The notes: generated from the letters alone by a model not told the origin. 64,000 nucleotides of DNA from Heterodontus francisci (GCF_036365525.1 NC_090387.1:76693300-76757299), one strand, 5' to 3'. Positions 36,202 to 49,079 are shown, numbered from the stretch's first letter. Numbers and translations are program-made.

Positions 36202-37283
36202 ACACTGCAACCTGTACAAAACAATCTTCTCACGGAATGCCTATTGTTTTCCTTGTAAGAGAGCAGGCTTTGTAACATCTTTCAGCTGCTACAAAAAGGC
36301 AGTTACGATTTCCATTGACTAAACGTGAACAAGGTCCCAGAAGATTTACTAGTATTTATAACATATGAAAATTGATACATGGATTGCATGTTCTTTTTAA
36401 ACTGCTATTAAAAATTCCTGTCAAATCCTCATGTTAGACTGTCAACAGGTCTGTATGACCCTTCCCCTGTAATGTTCTCCCGTGTTGCCAGCAGAGGATA
36501 TTGGAGTAGAGTTTCCAAAATTACTTCAATCACTGACCTGTAGTACCGACTTGTAAAATCATCACGTGGTCCTGTAGTATGTGTTCCCCACAACTCACTC
36601 AAGCAATTAAAAAACACCTATAATTGTTTCCACTTATTAAAACTTCTGATTTCAAACAAATATAAAAAAAGAAAAGCACACATTTCGTGATATTATTACA
36701 CTGAAACTTTGAATTGTCTTTTGTGTTCTTTAATGTGGTCATTAAAAAATCACTTGAATGCCTCAATCTATCCCAGAAGCCAAGCTTCGATTTCATATTT
36801 TTGTACAGAGCTGTAATTGTCTTAGTTGAAGCAGATTCTGAGGATGTGCAGTTATCTAATTTCTTCGGATGCTTTAGTACCATTCAGATAACAGTTGTGG
36901 TGAAATGCTTCATTAACCTTAAGCAGTTTTTCTCAGTTGTTTATCACAATTATTTACAGGAAAGCTGGGGACAAACCTCATAAGTTTTATTCAAATAACT
37001 TTTATTCTAAACATTTACGCCATAACAATTTGTGCGTTTCTAAGTGGGAGAGACAGAAAGAGAAAAATTACAACACACTGATTAAACATCTATCGAAGCC
37101 TTTGTTCTGCGTTATATAAACTTCAGCGAGTAGATTGAGCTGAGCAACAACTGTTTGCAGGTCTTAACTTCTGTGAAGTTTTTTTTTAAAAGGGGTTGAA
37201 TTTTGAAGCAATCATAAAACCTGTAAGCATCTGATCTGTGCTTTTAGACAGAAGATTAAATATTCTCTGAACTTTATGCAAAT

Positions 37284-37584
37284 CACAGTGGCGCAGTGGT
37301 TAGCACCGCAGACTCACAGCTCCAGTGACCCGGGTTGGGTTTGGGTACTGCCTGTGCGGGGTTTGCAAGTCCTCCCTGTGATCTCGTTTACTCCCACAGC
37401 CAAAAACTTGCAGGTTGATAGGTAAATTGGCCATTGTAAATTGCCCCTAGTGTAGGCAGGTGGTAGGGGAATGGTGGGGATGTGGTAGAGAATATTGGAT
37501 TAATGTAGGATTAGTATACATGGGTGGTTGTTGGTCGGCCCAGACTCGAAGGGCCTGTTTCAGTGCTGTATCTCTCTATGACTC
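37284..37584 (+). mobile_element. V-SINE with internal deletion
   Basis: Same family as 727-1073. Confidence 0.85.
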
Positions 37585-37769
37585 ATAGAGTGAAAGGCAG
37601 AGATAGATATCTACAGGGAGAGGTAGAAAGACAGACAGATTTTTTTCTCGCTGTAGAGTTAAAACTGCAATCAGCAACTTACTTCCCAACCATGTCAATA
37701 CACCTCACACCTGGAAGGAAATAGGACAGAGAAACAGAATTTGCGAGGGCGAAGGAGAAAGAGAGAGTC

Positions 37770-38486
37770 TGACTGGAATTTTCCGCCCCCCCCCCACCCC
37801 CCCCACAGAGAGCGGGTTGGTGGCGGGGGCCGGGGGTGGAGGGCAGGGGGTGGTGGGGCAGGGGCGGTGGCGTAAAATGAAGTGGGAAGCTCGCGGTGGG
37901 GGTGGGGGGACAATTAAGTGCCTCCGTCTGTCACCAAGGGGATTTTACTCTTGGCCGGTCGGGTGGCCCAGGCCTGAGAAAAGACACCTGACAAAAACAG
38001 GTGGCTTTCTGACAGTCTGGGGGATGGGGGGTGGGGGGTGGGGGGGGGGGGGGTGGTGGTGCTCATGACCAGGCACCCTGTGTCCAACGGAGGCCACAGA
38101 TGCTCCAGTTACCCATAATGCCCAACTGCCCCCCCACCTCCCAATCGACTACCCTTACCAGGGCATGACCGATCACCCCCAGCAAGGTCCCAAAAACTTA
38201 CATTTTCCCAGCACATCCTTCCTCTCCTTGTTGATGCTGAGTTGCAGTCGCAGCAGTGGCCACTGCTCCCGGTGGCATAGCTGGGACTATGAGCTGCCAG
38301 CCCGCTGATTGGCCAGCAGCTCCATTAGGTTCTTACCTCAATGAGGTGGAAGTCCTGCCTCAGATCAATTAAAGGCCTGGGGACCAAAAAATGCTGTCTG
38401 GTTCCCCGGGCCAGGAGGAGGTGGGTTCACCACCAACCTTTCAGTCAGTGGACAGTTCCCATCCGATGAGGGTAAAATTCAGCCCG
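37770..38486. mobile_element. Possible non-autonomous TIR element, GC-rich with G runs
   Basis: Imperfect terminal inverted repeats GACTGGAATTTTCC / GGTAAAATTCAGCCC, within a GA/GT-rich tract. Confidence 0.4.
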
Positions 38487-38891
38487 CTGTGTGTGTGCAC
38501 GAGCGAAGGCGAGGGAGACAAAGAGAAACAAAAGAGAGTGTGGGACAAAATCAGAGAGAAATAGCGGCATGAGGACTACAGATACAGATATAAGAGATCA
38601 TATTTTCTGACATGTGCTGTGCAAAACAATGGGAAATTGACCAATTCGTGTAAAATTGTAAAGCTTTGGTAAGACTGCAACATACCCAGTTGATTGAAAT
38701 CAATGGGTAATATTGTAAAAGTAACAGTAACACTTGTTATCTTCCAATTCCTCCAATGGAGGGCACTGCATTCTAATAAAACAGTTGTGAAAGAACTTGT
38801 ATAATACTGCGGATGCTGGAAATCTGAAACAAAAACAAGAAATGCTGGATTCACTCAGCAGGTCTGGCAGCATCTGTGGAAAGAGAAGCAG

Positions 38892-38928
38892 AGTTAACGT
38901 TTCGGGTCAGTGACCCTTCTTCGGAACT
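38892..38928 (-). ncRNA. Minimal hammerhead ribozyme, array copy 1
   Basis: Identical to 23597-23633. Confidence 0.8.
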
Positions 38929-39136
38929 GACAAATATTAGAAAAGTCACAGATTATAAAATCCCGTCGGAGAGAAGAGCAGAACTTCTTCAAGGTAGGCA
39001 TTCCTGGAAGAGAAGTGGCAGTGAATTAAACACTAAAATAAAAGCAAAATACTGCGGATGCTGGAAATCTGAAACAAAAACAAGAAATGCTGGATTCACT
39101 CAGCAGGTCTGGCAGCATCTGTGGAAAGAGAAGCAG

Positions 39137-39173
39137 AGTTAACGTTTCGGGTCAGTGACCCTTCTTCGGAACT
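39137..39173 (-). ncRNA. Minimal hammerhead ribozyme, array copy 2
   Basis: 245 bp from copy 1. Confidence 0.8.
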
Positions 39174-39514
39174 GACAAATATTAGAAAAGTCACAGATTA
39201 TAAAATCCCGTCGGAGAGAAGAGCAGAACTTCTTCAAGGTAGGCATTCCTGGAAGAGAAGTGGCAGTGAATTAAACACTAAAATAAAAGCAAAATACTGC
39301 GGATGCTGGAAATCTGAAACAAAAACAAGAAACAAAGACAAGAGTGAATCCAGCATTTCTTGTTTTTGTTTCAGATTTCCAGCATCCGCAGTATTTTGCT
39401 TTTATTTTAGTGTTTAATTCACTGCCACTTCTCTTCCAGGAATGCCTACCTTGAAGAAGTTCTGCTCTTCTCTCCGACGGGATTTTATAATCTGTGACTT
39501 TTCTAATATTTGTC

Positions 39515-39551
39515 AGTTCCGAAGAAGGGTCACTGACCCGAAACGTTAACT
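39515..39551 (+). ncRNA. Minimal hammerhead ribozyme, array copy 3
   Basis: Identical to 25133-25169. Confidence 0.8.
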
Positions 39552-39759
39552 CTGCTTCTCTTTCCACAGATGCTGCCAGACCTGCTGAGTGAATCCAGCA
39601 TTTCTTGTTTTTGTTTCAGATTTCCAGCATCCGCAGTATTTTGCTTTTATTTTAGTGTTTAATTCACTGCCACTTCTCTTCCAGGAATGCCTACCTTGAA
39701 GAAGTTCTGCTCTTCTCTCCGACGGGATTTTATAATCTGTGACTTTTCTAATATTTGTC

Positions 39760-39796
39760 AGTTCCGAAGAAGGGTCACTGACCCGAAACGTTAACT
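39760..39796 (+). ncRNA. Minimal hammerhead ribozyme, array copy 4
   Basis: 245 bp from copy 3. Confidence 0.8.
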
Positions 39797-39885
39797 CTGC
39801 TTCTCTTTCCACAGATGCTGCCAGACCTGCTGAGTGAATCCAGCATTTCTTGTTTTTGTGTGTGAAAGAACTTGTGCTGTTTCTA

Positions 39886-40020
39886 TAATAAAAGCAAAAT
39901 CCAGCAGATGCTGGAAATCTGAAATAAAAACAGAAAGTACTGGAAATACTCAGTAGGTCAGGCAGCATCTGTGGAGGGAGATGAGTTAATATTTCAGGTC
40001 TGCGACCTTTCATCAGAGCC
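39886..40020 (-). mobile_element. Older solo Penelope pLTR with a canonical-core hammerhead (39983-40019)
   Basis: Reverse complement reads CUGAUGA-A-AGGUC-GCA-GACCU-GAAAUAUUAACUC. Confidence 0.75.
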
Positions 40021-40817
40021 CTGATCAGCTCTTGGAAAATACTGTGGAATTCGGAAGTTATGCTTCCAAGGATAAATAACACTAGATATCTGCCAGTTAA
40101 AATTCATTCAAATACAAATTACAGTTACTTTATAAAGTAACATTTTGGGATACAGAATGTGGGTAACTTGAGTCATGACGTGTGTTACCTATAGCATGCT
40201 TGGGAGGAATAGGTGACTTTGGACCTATGGTTCCCAAAGCTGTCCACCATGTGGTTTTCCTTACGTTAGGACTGTTCTGAACTGCTTGATAGAGACTGAT
40301 TGCCATGATTAGTCAACAACTCCATTATCATGGTTTCATGCAACTACCAGGATATAGAAGGTGGATTAGATGGACCGTCTTCTGTTCATCCAACAATTCC
40401 TACATTCCTATCTAAATAATCAATTAAGTCGTAGGATTGACATCTAATACCAATTGATTGAAATTCATGTAACATTTGAATTTTTCTTTATTTCATATAT
40501 CTTGTAGATATAAATATTGCCTCCTCCAATTACCGAATCCCTCACATTGTGGTGGGTTCACTGGCAATCTTAACGCTGCTACTGATCCTTGCTGATCATG
40601 TGATATTACGTAGTTGTACAGGTAAGACTCACTGTTTTGCTTATGTACATATATACACTAATCAAATAAAAAAAAAAGCTTAGAAAGGGGAACTAGATGT
40701 TATTTATCAGAGACAGATGTCCTCGTATCATTAGAATTGTGGAAATGGATGGGATTTTTCAAATAAATCTCAGACGGAAATCAATGCTGCAGAGCTGGTA
40801 GATGCAAGTTATTCTGT

Positions 40818-41570
40818 TGTTACAGACAGGTAGAAAGGGGTGCTGGTGGTTCCCACTGTTCATCTCCCAAATGACCGCACATGTGTTTTGTTAAAAATGT
40901 TTCATTAGCTCCTGACAATCTTTCAGGTGTAAAACAGAAAAATGACAGGTTTTAACGTAGGTTAAAAACAGACGACTATTTATTTTTACACAATTCCCAA
41001 AATGGTTGCAACCTCACACATACATTCACTCATACACATACACAAGAATAGATAGACAGAGAAAAAAAGAATTGGAAAGTTTAAAGTCCAAAGTGAGGTA
41101 AGTGATCGTGGTTTACAGTAAACCTGTTGAATCTTCTTAGGTGGAAAGTCATTCTAAATGTGCAGGCCTGGATGTTTGTAGTCTTGAACTTGTTGAGGTG
41201 TTGTAGAGTTCTTGTAATTACAATTAAGCACAAAGCTGGAGGTATGAACATTATTACCTTCGCAGATGGGAGTCTTAAAGTCACTTTTGTGATATCTCTC
41301 CTGTAGTGGTTGTTCAGTTACTCTTCAGCGGGGTTCTTTTTGTTTGGCTGGATATCTTGCACAGCCTTTGTCTGGACTGGTTTCAGAAGGTGTTGGCTTA
41401 ATCTCCCCAACTCCCGCCCCCCCCCCCCCCATCTCTCTCTCTTTAAGGTGAAAAAAACCCATCACATTGGAGTCTCTTTTGGGAGACACAGGGCCCGCTC
41501 CCCTGGTGTGATCACACAACGGGCCAGGAAATTATAACGATGTCTATCGATTGATGATTTTAAAATTCAT
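40818..41570. mobile_element. Gypsy-type LTR (may resume at ~45456-45586)
   Basis: Starts TGTTACA; first 60 bp resemble the reverse complement of 47240-47295; TGTAACA at 45580-45586. Confidence 0.5.
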
Positions 41571-42399
41571 TCATTGGCTATGGGCATCACCTGGTTAGGC
41601 CAGCGTTTATTGCCCATCACTAATTGCCCTTGAGATAGTGGTGGTGAGATGCCTTCTTGAACTGCTGCACTCCATTGTGGGGTAGGTGCATCCACAGTGC
41701 TGTTAGGAAGGGAGTTCCAGGATTTTCACCCAGTGACAGTGAAGGAACGGTGATATAGTTCCAAGTCAGTATGGCGTGTGGCTTGGAGGGCAACTTGCAG
41801 GTGGTGGTGCTCCCATGCATTTGCTGCCCTTGTCCTTCTAGGTGGTAGAGGTCACGGGTTTGGAAGGTGCTGTCTAAGGAGCTTAGCTGCCTTGTTGCAG
41901 TGTATCTTGTAGATGGTATGCACTGCTGCCACTGTGCGCCAGTTGTGGAGGGAGTGAATGTTTGTGGATGGGGTGCCAATCAAGCGGGCTGCTTTGTCCT
42001 GGATGGTGTTGATCTTCTTAAGTGTTGTTGGAGCTGCACCCATCTAGGCAAGAGGACACTATTCCCTCACACTCCTGACTTGTGCCTTGTAGATGGTGGA
42101 CAGGCTTTGGGGAGTCAGGAGGTGAATTCCTCGCCGCATGATTCCAAGCCTTTGACCTGCTCTTCTAACCTGGGTATTTATATAGCTACTCCAGTTCAGT
42201 TTCTGGTCAATGGTAAACCCCAGGATGTTGACAGTGGAGATTCAGCGATCGTAATGCCATTGAATCTCAAGGGGAGAGGGTTAGATTCTCTCTTGTTGGA
42301 AATGGTCAGTGCCTGACACTTGTGTGGCACGAATGTTACATATATATATATATGTGTGTGTGTGTATGTGTGTGTATCTATATATACACATACACATAT

Positions 42400-43870
42400 A
42401 AAGCAGGGCACTTAGAAAAATTGAAGGTAATCAGGCAGAGTCAACATGGTTTTGTTAAAGGGAAATCATGTTTAACCAATTTATTGGAGTTCTTTGTGGA
42501 TGAAAGGGAAACCGGTGGATGTATTGTACTTAGATTTCTAGAAGGCATTTGACAAGGTGCCACATCAAAGGTTGTTGCAAATAAATAAAAGCTCATGGTG
42601 TACAGGATAACATATTGGCATGGAAGAAGATTGGCTAGCTAACAGGAAACAGAGAGTAGGCATAAATGGATCATTTTTTCTGGTTGGCAAGATGTAACAA
42701 GTGGTGTGCCACAGGCATCTGAGCTGGGGCCTCACCTTTTTGCAATTTATATACACGACATGGAAGAAGGGACCAAAGGTATAGTTGCTAAATTTGTTGA
42801 TGGCACAAACATAGGCAGGAAATTATGTTGTGAAGAGGACATAAGGAAGCTGCAAAGGGAGATAGATAGTTAAGTGAGTGGGCAAAAATCTGGCAGCTGG
42901 CGTATAATGTGGGAAAATGTGAAGTTGTCCATTTTGGCAGGAAGAATAGCAAAGAAGCTTATTATCTAAATGATGAGAGATTGCAGAGCTTTGAAATGCA
43001 GAGGGATCTGGGTGTCCTAGTGCATGAATCACAAAAGGTGAGTATGCAGGTACAGCACGCAATTAGGAAAGCTATTAGAATGTTATTATAATAAAAGCAA
43101 AATACTGCGGATGCTGGAAATCTGAAATAAAAACAAGAAATGCTGGAATCACTCAGCAGGTCTGGCAGCATCTGTGGAAAGAGAAGCAGAGTTAACGTTT
43201 CGGGTCAGTGACCCTTCTTCGGATATTAGAATGTTATTGTTTATCGTGAGGGGAATTGAATGCAAAAGTAGGGAGGTTATGCTTCAGCTATAGAGGACAT
43301 TGGTGAGACAACATCTGGAGTACTGTGTGCAGTATTGGTCTCCTTATTTAAGGAAGGATGTAAATGCAGTTGGAAGCAGTTCAAAGAAGGTTTATTAGAC
43401 TGACACTTAGAGTAGGCAGGCTATCTTATGAGGAAAGATTGGATAAGCTAGGCTTTTATCCACTGGAATTTAGATGAGTAAGGGGCGACTTGATTGAAAC
43501 ATATAACATCCTGAGGGGTCTTGACGGGGTGGATGTAGAAAGGATGTTTGCCCTTGTGGGAGAATCTAGAACCGAGATCACCATTTAAAAATAAGGGGTC
43601 CCCTATTTAAGACAGAGATGAGGAGAACTTCTTTTCTCTCAGATTATCATGAGTCTTTGGCCCCCTCTTCCTCAAAAGGTGGTTGAAGTAGAGTCTTTGA
43701 ATATGTTTTAATCAGAGTTGGATAGATTCTTGATTAACAAGGGGATGAAAGGCTATCAGGGGTGGGTGGTAATGTGGAGAAATCAGTTCAGCCATGAACT
43801 TATTGAGTGGCGGAGCAGGCTTGAAGAGCTGAATGGCCTACTCCTGCTCATTATTAGTCTGTTCGTATGT
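42400..43870 (+). mobile_element. 5'-truncated CR1
   Basis: QHGFVKGKSCLTNLLEFF, CEVVHFG, 3'UTR. Confidence 0.9.
43088..43223 (-). mobile_element. 136-bp solo Penelope pLTR with hammerhead core (43190-43223)
   Basis: 15-bp TSD TATTAGAATGTTATT at 43073-43087 and 43224-43238. Confidence 0.9.
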
Positions 43871-44309
43871 ACTCGGTCAAATGTTGCCTTGATGTCAAGG
43901 GCAGTCACTCTCACCTCACCTCTTGAGTTCAGCTCTTTTGTCGATGTTTGAATCAAGGCTGTAATGGGGTCAGGAGCTGAGTGGCCCTGATGGAACTCGA
44001 ACTGACCATCAGTGAGCTGGTTATTGCTAAGCAAGTGCTGCTTGATAGCGCTGTCGACGATAGCTTTTATCACTTTACTGATGATTGAGAGTAGACTGAT
44101 GAGGCGGTAATTGGCCAGGTTGGACTTGTTCTGCTTTTTGTGTACAGAACATACCTGGGCAATTTTCCATATTGCTGGGTAGATGCCAGTGTTGTAGCTG
44201 TACTGGAACAGCTTGTCTACGGCCACAGAAAGTTCTGAAGCACAGGTCTTCAGTCCTATTACTGGAATATTGCCTGGACCCATAGCCTTTGCAGTATCCA
44301 GTACATTAT

Positions 44310-44656
44310 GGGCGGCACAGTGGCGCAGTGATTAGCACCGCAGCCTCACAGCTCCAGCGACCCGGATTCAATTCTGGGTACTGCCTGTGTGGAGTTTGCA
44401 AGTTCTCCCAGTGTCTGCGTGGGTTTCCTCCGGGTGCTCCGGTTTCCTCCCACATGCCAAAGACTTGCAGGTTGATAGGTTAATTGGCCATTATAAATTG
44501 CCCCCAGTATAGGTAGGTGATAGGGAAATATAGGGACAGGTGGGGTTGTGGTAGGAATATGGGATTAGTGTAGGATTAGTAGAAATGGGTGGTTAATGGT
44601 CAGCACAGACTCGGTGGGCCGAAGGGCCTGTTTCAGTGCTGTATCTCTAAACTAAA
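44310..44656 (+). mobile_element. V-SINE, full length
   Basis: Family match; possible TSD ACATT. Confidence 0.9.
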
Positions 44657-46453
44657 ACATTCAGTCGTTTCTTGATATCATGTGGAGTGAATCGAATTGG
44701 CAGAAGTTTGGCATCTGTAATGCTGGTGACTTCAGGAGGAGGCCATGATGGATCATCAACTCGACACTCTGGCTGTAGATTGTTGCAAATGCTTCAGCCT
44801 TATCCTTTGCACTGATGTGCTGGGCTCCCCCATGGTTGAGGACGGGGATATTTGTAAAGCCACCTCATGCAGTTTGTTGTTTAATTGTCCACGACTGAAT
44901 GTGGCAGGACTGTAGAGCTTAGTTCTGATCCGTTGATTATGGGCTCACTTAGCTCTGTCTATCGCACGCTGCTTATGCAAGTTGGCATGCAAGAAATCCT
45001 GTGTTGTAGCTTCCCCAGGGTGGCACCTCATTTTGAGGTATGCCTGGTGCTGCTCCTGGCATGCCCTCCTGCAATCTTCATTGAACCAGGCTTCGTCTCC
45101 CAGCTTGATGGTAATGGTAGAGTGAGGCATATGCCGGGCATTGAGGTTACAGATTGTAGTTGAGTATAATTCTGCTGTTGCTAATGGCCCGCAGCGCCTC
45201 ATGGATGCCCAGTTTTGCATTGCTAGATCTGTTTGAAATCTATCCCATTTAGCATGGTGGTAGTGCCACACAACATGATGGAGGGTATCCTACCAATACT
45301 GCCATGGACAGATGGATCTGCGGCAGGCAGATTGCTGAGGACGAGGTCAAGTATATTTTTCCTTCCTATTAGTTCCCTCACCACCTGCCGCAGACCCAGA
45401 CTGGCAGCTATGTCTTTTAGGACTCGGCCAGCTCGGTCAGTAGTGGTGCTACTGTCTTTATGGGGAGCATTCTGTTCACACAGTGCTATTTCACACCTAT
45501 TCAATTTTGGTTGGGCTGTGAGTCCATCTGACTCCAGAATTCTTTGTTCGTTCATTCATGTTGATAACAGTCATTAATATGTAACAGTGCTCCTTTCAAT
45601 TTTAAAGGGATTGGTCCCAGAACTGCTTCAAATGAGGTGAATGATTTCGGTCTTTTCAGACAGGTTTGTTGATTTCGAGTACAGGAGGGGTCATGTGAGC
45701 CCTACTCCATTTCGATTGTGGTGCAAGTGACCATGTTCGTGTGGTTTTGTTTGACAGTTGACTTTTTAAATTCATAATTCTTTCACTTCATCATTTATTT
45801 CACTGCAACTCTTTCCATTCTTGACACTGTTGGCTCTACGGCACATTCAAGTGGGAAAAAGCGATGCTCTAATGGTATGACAGAACTCTGCTCGCTGTCC
45901 AGCTAAAATTGTTAACTCAATGCTCGTGAAAATTAACTGGCTCTTTACCAAAATCAGAAATCTCCAAAAGGAAGTCGGAAAGTTCTGTAAGTTTACTTTG
46001 TTATAGTCGTAGTTTAACTGCATGAGTCATGAAGCCAAAGTCCCTTAAGTTTTCCTGAGCTTCAAAGTTGCTTGCTGGAATGTGAAACTCTAATATTTCT
46101 GGAAGATAAGGTGTGTATAGATGTAAAGAAACGTTTCAAACTTCACTTATAATTTTTTTCGTCTTTATAAGGAACTAAATAACCAATTCAATCACTGTTG
46201 ATATCTAACCAGAATATGAGCACTGGTGAACCGAGCTTTACCAATGTGGAGAATCAGGCATATTTAGGAAAATCTCCACTTTGCCTGACCAGGGAACAAT
46301 GTATAGCCAGCAGTATCATAGGTCTTTATTGTTTTTAGTTATTTTTTTTTCCTATATGTGTACCTGCAGTTTATGAGTAACCTATTAGCTCTCATTTCAG
46401 TTACCTGTCTGCTGGTCACCAGTTAGTTGTTTCACTTAGCAAGTTCTATTTCC

Positions 46454-47295
46454 TGTTACTTGGCTATGCCGTGCATGGAAAGAGCCATGATGAAATAAAC
46501 AATGGAATGGAACAATTATGAATTTTTAAAAAAGACAACTGCAAACAATAACACAAGAACATGGACACATATACAATCAAGATGGAGTAGCAGTCATGTG
46601 ATCAAACGTCACAGGATGTCCATGGTTCTTGTATTGTGGCCTATTGTGTGGTTACAACAGGGGAGAGGGCCATGCACATCCTAACTGAAGCTAATGTGAG
46701 AGATTTTGTTACCTTAAAGGGTAGCTCTTTGGAGAGAGAGGGGACAGATCAAGCCAGCATCAGAAAGCCTGTGAGAAGGATCCAGCAATAGAGAAGAACC
46801 CAGCTGACCAAGAACAGCCACCACAGCAGAGACATTACACGGTAACTTTGGCACTCATCATCTTTAAGGTAACAAACTACACACCACTAGCTTCAGGCTG
46901 TACTACAGCCACTAGACCTCTACGATACCTCTGCAAATTCAAGGCTGCGAATAATCAGGCCTGCAAATTAAAAAAAAACGTTTCATCATGAGAAAACTCA
47001 ATCCTCTGTAAACCATGGACACTTACCTCACTTGGGATTTTAAACTGCCTTTTACTCCTTTCTCTCTAGATATCTATTCTTTGTGGGTGAATCTGTGTGT
47101 GAGTGCAGTTGTGATCATTCCAGGATTTGTTTAAAAATAATTATTTTTGTACCTACAAGAAAACCTACCACTTGTCTGCTTGTTTGCCCTTAAAGGCACT
47201 CGAGCTAAAGCATCATTTTTTACAAAACATGATTGCAATCAGATGGGAGAGGAACAGTGGGAACCACACACACTTCATTACCACCTGTCCATAAC
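46454..47295. mobile_element. Probable solo Gypsy LTR (left boundary uncertain)
   Basis: Ends CATAACA; related to the 40818 LTR in the opposite orientation. Confidence 0.45.
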
Positions 47296-47798
47296 AGCTA
47301 AAAATATGTTTTGTTTAATATTGACAAGCAGTTTTATCCCTTTTAAAAATTTTCCTATATCATTCAGAGGTACGGCTAATTCAGATTAGAATTAATCAGA
47401 AACAGGTAAGTTGTGTATAAAAGTTGCCTACAGGTGTTCGGCAATTTGAGACGAGGCAAAGTTCAGATTGTATCCACATTTCACCTTCCTGAAAACATGC
47501 ACGGGATCAACCCCTTTCATAAAGCATATGGATCAGAAATACAAAATAGAAACCCAAACCAGTAGTTAAGTGCTAACTGTGCTTATTTGGCTTATACCAA
47601 ATTTGTAACATTGTAATTTGCTGGCAAGCATGGGACTGATAATTAAGTTGTATGTGTATGTGCCACATCAGATGCACACAAGAGGTAGAATCAGAGAGAT
47701 ACAATGTAGTAAGATTTTTAAAATCCTCCCAATTTAAAAAAGCTTTAAGTCTGAACATTGCCTTGTGTGGTATTCAAATTCTCTGAAAATGTGCATAT

Positions 47799-48925
47799 TG
47801 TTACAACCAGGTAAGAAATGTGTCTCAGGGTCTGTTAATATCTTCACCTGATCTTATTGTAGCAGGGTTTAATTTTAAACACACTGTGTTTTGAGCTCCC
47901 CCTTTGTGAATCCTTGTTCACAGCTTTCTAATTATAAGGCAAAGAAATGAGCACACCAGGTTTTTTTTAGGTTTAAAGAAGAAAAATGAAATTTATTAAA
48001 CTTAACTCTAATATGGTTCACACCTACGGATATATGACATGCCCACGTTAGTATGCACATGCGATACATACATGAAATAGGGACAGAAGAGAGAAGAAAA
48101 ATAAGATGGAGAGGTTTGAGGCAATTTCAGAAGAGTTTCCTGTTTACTGTGCTGTGTTGCCAGCTCACAGTAGAGTCCTTGATTGTAGACAGCTGTTACT
48201 TTTCGTTGGCAACCTTAAACCTTGCTCATGGTAGGAGACTTTTCTCAGTGTTCCTATGTCTTCAATGGTTTCCGATGCTGGTGTGAGCGAGATAAGAGCA
48301 GACAGGAGAGAGATATTCTCAAAACAGCAGCCTGGAGCTTTCTGATTTCAAACACTGTTTTCTCGAATTTAAACTCTCAGTTCAAACCTCTGCCACAGCC
48401 TGTTAGTCATGTGACTAAAACTGGTCTGATCACTTCTTCTGCGTATTGCGGTTAGCACCGCAGCCTCACAGCTCCAGCGACCCAGGTTCAATTCTGGGTA
48501 CTGCCTGTGTGGAGTTTGCAAGTTCTCCCTGTGTCTGCGTGGGTTTCCTCCGGGTGCTCCGGTTTCCTCCCACATGCCAAAAGACTTGCAGGTTGATAGG
48601 TAAATTGGCCATTAGCAATTGTCCCTAGTATAGTTAGGTGGTAGGGAAATATAGGGACAGGTGGGGATGTGGTAGGAATATGGAATTAGTGTAGGATTAG
48701 TATAAATGGGTGGTTGATGGTCGGCACAGACTCGGTGGGCCGATGGGCCTGTTTCAGTGCTGTATCTCTAAACTAAACTAAACTAAACGACTGGGTCCCC
48801 ATTGTTCCAACACTGTCTGTTACTATGCAAATGACTTTCCAGTCAGGGGCTTGCAATTTTAAATTTTAATGCTCATGTGATGAAATAATATGTGCCTCAG
48901 TCTTGGGGTTTGCCTGGCTGTGTCA
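47799..48925. mobile_element. Solo Gypsy-type LTR containing a V-SINE
   Basis: Inverted ends TGTTACAACCAGG / CCTGGCTGTGTCA. Confidence 0.55.
48449..48788 (+). mobile_element. V-SINE
   Basis: Family match; (CTAAA)n tail. Confidence 0.9.
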
Positions 48926-49079
48926 AATTCCTTGTCCACTATTTTATTGCAGACATCAACTTATTTAAAGTAAATTCGTTAATGTCTGTTAAAACAGCTG
49001 ATTCAAAAAATTGATTTGAATATATATGCATTTCTTTTACAACATAATTTCAAGGACCTTGTTCAAGGATATACAAATG

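Larger units (their letters stand above)
38801..39860. mobile_element. Penelope-derived 245-bp unit array, tandem and inverted
   Basis: Left arm 38803-39332 (period 245), right arm 39342-39859 (reverse complement, period 245); 15-bp TSD TGTGAAAGAACTTGT at 38786-38800 and 39861-39875. Confidence 0.93.
41575..45455 (-). mobile_element. Family B LINE, interrupted by a CR1, a pLTR and a V-SINE
   Basis: 3' end at ~41575; RT ORF 43783-44283 (NYRLISLLSIISK, ALDIKATFDRV); APE end near 45350 (NILDLVLSN). Confidence 0.85.

Noticed and set aside
36600-37060. Minus-strand acceptor and a vaguely TPR-protein-like peptide (FHHNCYLN...LLG)
   Set aside because: Four stops in ~75 codons, as expected for random sequence
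37284-37290. CACAGTG RSS heptamers (also at 44336)
   Set aside because: Part of the V-SINE head; no nonamer or adjacent V segment
38801-39860. CRISPR-like regular repeats
   Set aside because: Units are wholly identical with no unique spacers, and the context is eukaryotic
38876-40082. Repeated ORFs MEREAELTFRVSDPSS...
   Set aside because: Antisense readings of the 245-bp pLTR unit with non-ATG starts; no domain
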